Of a DNA stretch of 57,865 nucleotides, positions 53,611 through 57,865 are shown one piece after another. The stretch covers positions 1 to 57,865 of the IMG/VR virus record IMGVR_UViG_3300044878_000063; one strand, written 5' to 3'. The first letter of the stretch is position 1; each line of letters starts with the position of its first letter. The notes beneath the pieces were generated by a model, which saw nothing but the letters and a program-made list of their open reading frames with translations, did no database searches and had not been told where the DNA came from. A program made the translations under genes and the position numbers. The stretch comes from a virus (lineage: Duplodnaviria; Caudoviricetes).

Positions 53611-54880
53611 TTTGAAGGTTCTCCTTCCTTTCTTGAGTTGCTTCCGGTGGTTTGTCAACCTTGCCGACGTTGTCCTCATTAGGCATGTTAGCGTTCTGCA
53701 GTTTGTCTGCTTTGGCTTCCTTTGAGGGCTTCATGCCGATTGCTGATCGCATCTCGTTGCCAGTGACAATCTCATTACGAGAAAGCTTGTCTCCGATTTC
53801 GGCAATGTCTGCAAGTGTTGCGTTCTTGAATGGATCACGGTAGAACCGCATGGCATGACCCTGAGCGCGGGCCGTTTTGGAGATGAACTTTCGTTCAATA
53901 CCTTCTGCAATGGCGGTCAAGATGGGCTCCACAGTGCGGTTGTGGTAGTTGATCATCATCTTCTCATCAGCCGTACCCTCGAAGACTTCCTTAGTCATAC
54001 CCAGCTGCGAGTACAACTGCTTAGTCAAGAATTCAACCTGAGCAAGCATGTTGTTCTCGGCGGGCCGATTCAACTGAGTGATCTTCTCGGTAGCATCGGC
54101 ATAAGCGACGCCATACTTGGAGTTGTAGAGCTGCTCTTCCATGTCTTGACGGCGCTGTGCTGCCTGAGCTTTTCGAGTGTCAGACTTGACAACGTATGGA
54201 AGTTGGATGATGATGTCGAGCTTGCCGGAACCGGCCTGCTCATCGATCGCATCAAGAAGACTGAGCTTACGAGTCAACCGCTTTAGGGTGGAGTTGTCGT
54301 CGTTCATCACGGCATACATCGGATTTTCGATGATCGCCACATGACGCTTTTCAACAGTTAGCTCTTCCCGGTTACCAGTGTCTTCGTTGTACACGAGGAC
54401 ACGAACATACTCGGGAAACCACCCTACAACTTCACCAATGCGAAGCTTCTCGATGTTGTAAGACATCGACTTGGCTGGATCGCCATCGGCTTCCATGATG
54501 CAAAGTGCAGCAACGCCCTTATCGAAGAGTGCCATGACGATGTTCTGTCGAAACTGTCGACCAGCTTCGTCAATGTTGGCCTCGTATAGAAGACAGTCAT
54601 TGATTCCGCTATTTTTAACGTTCTCGATGAACTGATCTGTTTCGAGATCAACGCGCACGTGCCGAATCGGAATTGCAGCAACATCCATAGCCATTTGGTT
54701 ATAGATCGATGTGATGACGGATTTATCACCAGAGTAGCCAGGTCGCGTTCGACTAGGATTGAACCCATAGCTTCCCGCAGAACTACTCCCCCATGACCGC
54801 ATTCGTTCTTCAACTTTGAAAGGCTTGAATTCTCCTCTTGCGTGCGTCAACACATTTTTAAATCGATCAAATATTCCCAT
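53576..54880 (-). CDS. Portal protein (HK97-like)
   Basis: Between TerL and protease; DVAAIPI, TVEPIL, TGNEMRSAIGM. Confidence 0.9.
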   Translation of the reverse strand: MGIFDRFKNVLTHARGEFKPFKVEERMRSWGSSSAGSYGFNPSRTRPGYSGDKSVITSIYNQMAMDVAAIPIRHVRVDLETDQFIENVKNSGINDCLLYEANIDEAGRQFRQNIVMALFDKGVAALCIMEADGDPAKSMSYNIEKLRIGEVVGWFPEYVRVLVYNEDTGNREELTVEKRHVAIIENPMYAVMNDDNSTLKRLTRKLSLLDAIDEQAGSGKLDIIIQLPYVVKSDTRKAQAAQRRQDMEEQLYNSKYGVAYADATEKITQLNRPAENNMLAQVEFLTKQLYSQLGMTKEVFEGTADEKMMINYHNRTVEPILTAIAEGIERKFISKTARAQGHAMRFYRDPFKNATLADIAEIGDKLSRNEIVTGNEMRSAIGMKPSKEAKADKLQNANMPNEDNVGKVDKPPEATQERKENLQNDSHEDENSTA

Positions 54881-54922
54881 AAATTAACCTCCCCTCAAGG
54901 GTGTCGTGCTTCGATGAAGCTA

Positions 54923-55327
54923 CTACTGTTCGCGGACCTTGAATGAATCACCACGAAGCATGTGCAGATACTGCTTGCCAGCATCCTTATGCTTGGGCTG
55001 GAGATCGCTGACTTTAACACCCTGAAGGTGCTGAGCCATCTTCAACTCCCACTTACGACTCTTCTCAAGATATTTGGTGCCCTTGTAAGACAAGCGCATA
55101 CCTTTGCGAATCTTTCGAAAGTTCCCCCATTTGGAACCTTTGTACTGCAGCTTGGCTCCCCGCTTGGTAAGCCTGGCAGATTTCTTCTCGAGCCGAATGG
55201 CTTTCTTAGAAGCTCTTGCAAAAGTGCGAGAGGCATTACCTCTTCGAACCCCCCATTTCATTCCTTTAACACCGATGTGCTCCAGAAAATCATCTACGGG
55301 GTCATTAGCGACTAGCTTGTCACTCAT
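54923..55327 (-). CDS. Basic HxGVKGMKWG-motif protein, probable head-internal protein
   Basis: DFLEHIGVKGMKWGVRR. Confidence 0.75.
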   Translation of the reverse strand: MSDKLVANDPVDDFLEHIGVKGMKWGVRRGNASRTFARASKKAIRLEKKSARLTKRGAKLQYKGSKWGNFRKIRKGMRLSYKGTKYLEKSRKWELKMAQHLQGVKVSDLQPKHKDAGKQYLHMLRGDSFKVREQ

Positions 55328-57078
55328 TCAAACGACTCCTTATTTGCTTTGTATGCAATGTACGCATCCATTAGTGCGGCCACGTTGTCGATCTTCTGAT
55401 CTCGACGAGTCTTCAGAAGTTTTCGGTTGCCGTTGTTATCTTCCAAAGTAATGGCATTGCCCATGGCAAAGCTCATAAGCTTTTGGTTAAATATGAGCTT
55501 CTTCTGCTCACTCAGCTGCTTGAGTTCACCAAGTGGAACAGACTCAGTCCGTGCACCCTGAGGAACTTTCTCAATTCCGAAGGGTCCATTTTCCTGCTCC
55601 CAACGAGCAACGAATTCTTTAGCATTGTAAGGGTCGAATCCGAAGGTCCTAATATCAAACTTGTTCAGTTCGATAAAGTTGTCCAGATCGTCGTAGACTT
55701 CCATCATGTCAAGAACAGTCCCCTTCATAACATGAAGGCTTCCTTCTTGGATGAACTCCTCATATTTCTGACGAGGACCGCTAGACAGCTTGAAGTGAGT
55801 GTTTTGAGAAATATAGCTTCGGGTGATTATCCCAAACTTCTCATCGCGCATAGGAAACAGGAAAGTGAAGGCACAGAAGTCATCACCCTGTGAGAGGTCG
55901 GCTCCCAAAGAACAAGGTAGGTTCCAGAAGTTTGGTACACGTTTATGAGGGAGCGTCTCGTCGTAGGTGAAGAAGTACGTATATCCTTCCATGGGAATTC
56001 CGAAACGCTTAGCCAGGATATCGTTCTTAGAAGCAGGTGCTTTCTCAGCTCGTTCGACATCTCTCTGGTAAGTATCGTAGGATACCGTAAGCCCGATATT
56101 GGGCTGTGCCTTAGGCCACATGCGGTGGTCGGCAACCTCAGCGAGTTCATCGAGTTTGTAGTGCCAGATTGAGACGTGCGGGGCATAGTACTCCCCCTTC
56201 AGAATGTCGGCTAGTTCCATCTTGACAGTGTCGCCACTGCCATTACGTACGGTGCCTTCAGAGCTGATTGCAACAATCAACCAGTTGCCATCACCTAGCT
56301 TAGAAGCACCCTGCTCAATAGCGCCAACGACATCTTCACGAACATCGCCGGACAGCCATTCATCAACCGTGGATATTTTGGGTCGTAGACCCTGGAGCTT
56401 ATCGACCTTCATAGGTCGAACCTCGAGAAGTGAACCCGTTAGGAAATTCTCGATGCCCTTTTTGGTAGACGCAAGTTTGACACGGTTCATCCGATTGCCT
56501 GTGGTGTTCTGCAATGACCCCTCAGTGAGGAATTTAAACAGAGGACCCCGCGAGCGCGTGATGGCCGTGCGGAATGGCGACATGACTTCATCAGCCTGCT
56601 TCATTGTAGGAGCAGTCGTGATTTGATGAGAAGTTTCTGTGTCTACATTCAGGAAGTAGCTTTGGATGCACTCAGCGTACATCGATTTGGCAGCACCTCG
56701 TGCAACGATCAAATATTGCTTTACTGTGAGTCGCCTCTTGAAAACCTTCTGAACGAATTCCCCGCCATGATTGTCAGGCGAGGGTTCATAAACAGTGAGT
56801 TTTTCGAAGTAATACCAACCAAAGATTTGTTCGGCCCAGAGTTTGAAGCTATCCAACATGACGAAGTCTGAACCGTCAGTAAGAGTGAGCTCATTTTCAC
56901 AGTAGCTGATGAAGCCGTTGATCGCTAGGTCGTCGTAGTAGTAGAGAGGGTTGTCAATGAGTGCATCAATCCGATTCATCTCGGCACTGATCTCTTTACA
57001 TACGGGGATTTCTCCACGAACAACTCTTTCGCGGAATCTCCCATAATAAATGGGTACTGCAGTGTTTGATAGAGCCAT
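55324..57078 (-). CDS. Terminase large subunit
   Basis: VARGAAKS (variant Walker A), TVDEW, GADLSQGDD, FDPYN, KIDNVAA. Confidence 0.93.
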   Translation of the reverse strand: MALSNTAVPIYYGRFRERVVRGEIPVCKEISAEMNRIDALIDNPLYYYDDLAINGFISYCENELTLTDGSDFVMLDSFKLWAEQIFGWYYFEKLTVYEPSPDNHGGEFVQKVFKRRLTVKQYLIVARGAAKSMYAECIQSYFLNVDTETSHQITTAPTMKQADEVMSPFRTAITRSRGPLFKFLTEGSLQNTTGNRMNRVKLASTKKGIENFLTGSLLEVRPMKVDKLQGLRPKISTVDEWLSGDVREDVVGAIEQGASKLGDGNWLIVAISSEGTVRNGSGDTVKMELADILKGEYYAPHVSIWHYKLDELAEVADHRMWPKAQPNIGLTVSYDTYQRDVERAEKAPASKNDILAKRFGIPMEGYTYFFTYDETLPHKRVPNFWNLPCSLGADLSQGDDFCAFTFLFPMRDEKFGIITRSYISQNTHFKLSSGPRQKYEEFIQEGSLHVMKGTVLDMMEVYDDLDNFIELNKFDIRTFGFDPYNAKEFVARWEQENGPFGIEKVPQGARTESVPLGELKQLSEQKKLIFNQKLMSFAMGNAITLEDNNGNRKLLKTRRDQKIDNVAALMDAYIAYKANKESFE

Positions 57079-57097
57079 GACAACCCTCCCTCCTCTA

Positions 57098-57535
57098 TTA
57101 CAATGGGCCAGTATATTTACTTAGCTTCATTACCTGACGTGCTGCCGGTGGTGCAGCAGCTGCAACTGCCTGTTTTGCCATCATTTTCTTGAGTGCTCTC
57201 AGATCATCGGTGGCATTGTTCATGAGATAAGCCTTAGCTTTCTGCTTACCCACGTCCAATAGAAGTTCGCCAACAATCTTTCGACCGTTAGAGATCTCAG
57301 GCTCAGTCAACTTCGTGTATTCCTTTTCGAGCTTGAGTCGATTGATTCGCTTCTTCAGCTCATCATCACTCATCTCATGGACCTTGGGTTTTGCGGCTTC
57401 CGCAGCAGCAGCCTCAGCTTTTGCTCGTTTTCGCCTACCCCATCGCATACCCTTCACACCAACATGTGCGAGTTGATCACCACTTAGGTCATCGATCCCG
57501 TTTGCTGCGAGGATATCAGTTGCGCTTCTTCCCAT
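57098..57535 (-). CDS. HxGVKGMRWG-motif protein, probable head-internal protein
   Basis: QLAHVGVKGMRWGRRK; MSDDELKKRINRL. Confidence 0.75.
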   Translation of the reverse strand: MGRSATDILAANGIDDLSGDQLAHVGVKGMRWGRRKRAKAEAAAAEAAKPKVHEMSDDELKKRINRLKLEKEYTKLTEPEISNGRKIVGELLLDVGKQKAKAYLMNNATDDLRALKKMMAKQAVAAAAPPAARQVMKLSKYTGPL

Positions 57536-57865
57536 TTCACCCCCTCGGCGTTAATATTCAAACGCCATTCCAGCATTCCTGCCTGACGTTCCATAGCTTC
57601 GGTGGCAGGTCCTGTGGGAGGCGGATCAAATAACATCTTGACCCGCAGCCCCATGTAGGAAATAACCGCCAGCTTCGTATCCGTCTGGAAGTACTGAGAC
57701 CATAGGGTCTCTTTATCAAGAATGAGGAAGCCCTCTTCTGGACCAACCCCTAATTCCTGAAGTACGAAGAAAACGGTGTTGATATGCACGATGATTTCCG
57801 TGTCATAGTCAGTTACGTCGGGTTCTATACCGCACAAACGCTTTGTTGTTTCGAGAATACTGAGA
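57484..57865 (-). CDS. Head-tail adaptor-like protein; start wraps to GTG at 190
   Basis: SILETTKRLCG...IIVHIN..F.VL.ELGVGP...LFDPP; GGAGGAGG RBS near 199-206. Confidence 0.7.
   Translation of the reverse strand, partial: LSILETTKRLCGIEPDVTDYDTEIIVHINTVFFVLQELGVGPEEGFLILDKETLWSQYFQTDTKLAVISYMGLRVKMLFDPPPTGPATEAMERQAGMLEWRLNINAEGVKWEEAQLISSQQTGSMT
57684..57865. repeat. Terminal overlap, copy 2 (= 1-182)
   Basis: Direct sequence identity. Confidence 0.97.

Overview
The window is an essentially complete ~57.7 kb lytic siphovirus genome. Bases 1-182 recur at 57684-57865 (assembly overlap, one synonymous SNP) and nearly all genes lie on the - strand. Gene content and order, plus a 9-nt putative cos (CGCCGACCT on -, 3266-3274), resemble from recall the Actinobacteria-infecting Arthrobacter AM/AU, Rhodococcus Pepy6 and Lactococcus 1706-like phages. 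Reading on - from cos: TerS, HNH, amidase endolysin, TerL, portal, protease-scaffold-capsid fusion, tail, holins; an ~8 kb array of single-gene promoter/RBS/ORF/terminator cassettes; DNA metabolism genes (helicase-primase-PolB fusion, SSB, SF2 helicase); a likely origin; and a terminal operon with two nucleases and a 920-aa two-barrel (YonO/QDE-1-like) RNA polymerase. Most notable: (1) the RNAP, two small head-region proteins, the portal and the capsid scaffold share an [LIV]-x-H motif, suggesting a His-specific maturation protease and a virion-packaged RNAP; (2) 26 copies of a fixed-spacing 27-bp promoter; (3) four of those promoters drive ORF-less structured small RNAs; (4) a ~560-nt run of four long hairpins whose G-U bias favours the antisense (+) strand. 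No integrase, tRNA or CRISPR array was recognised. Family assignments are motif-based from reading the sequence; no searches were run.
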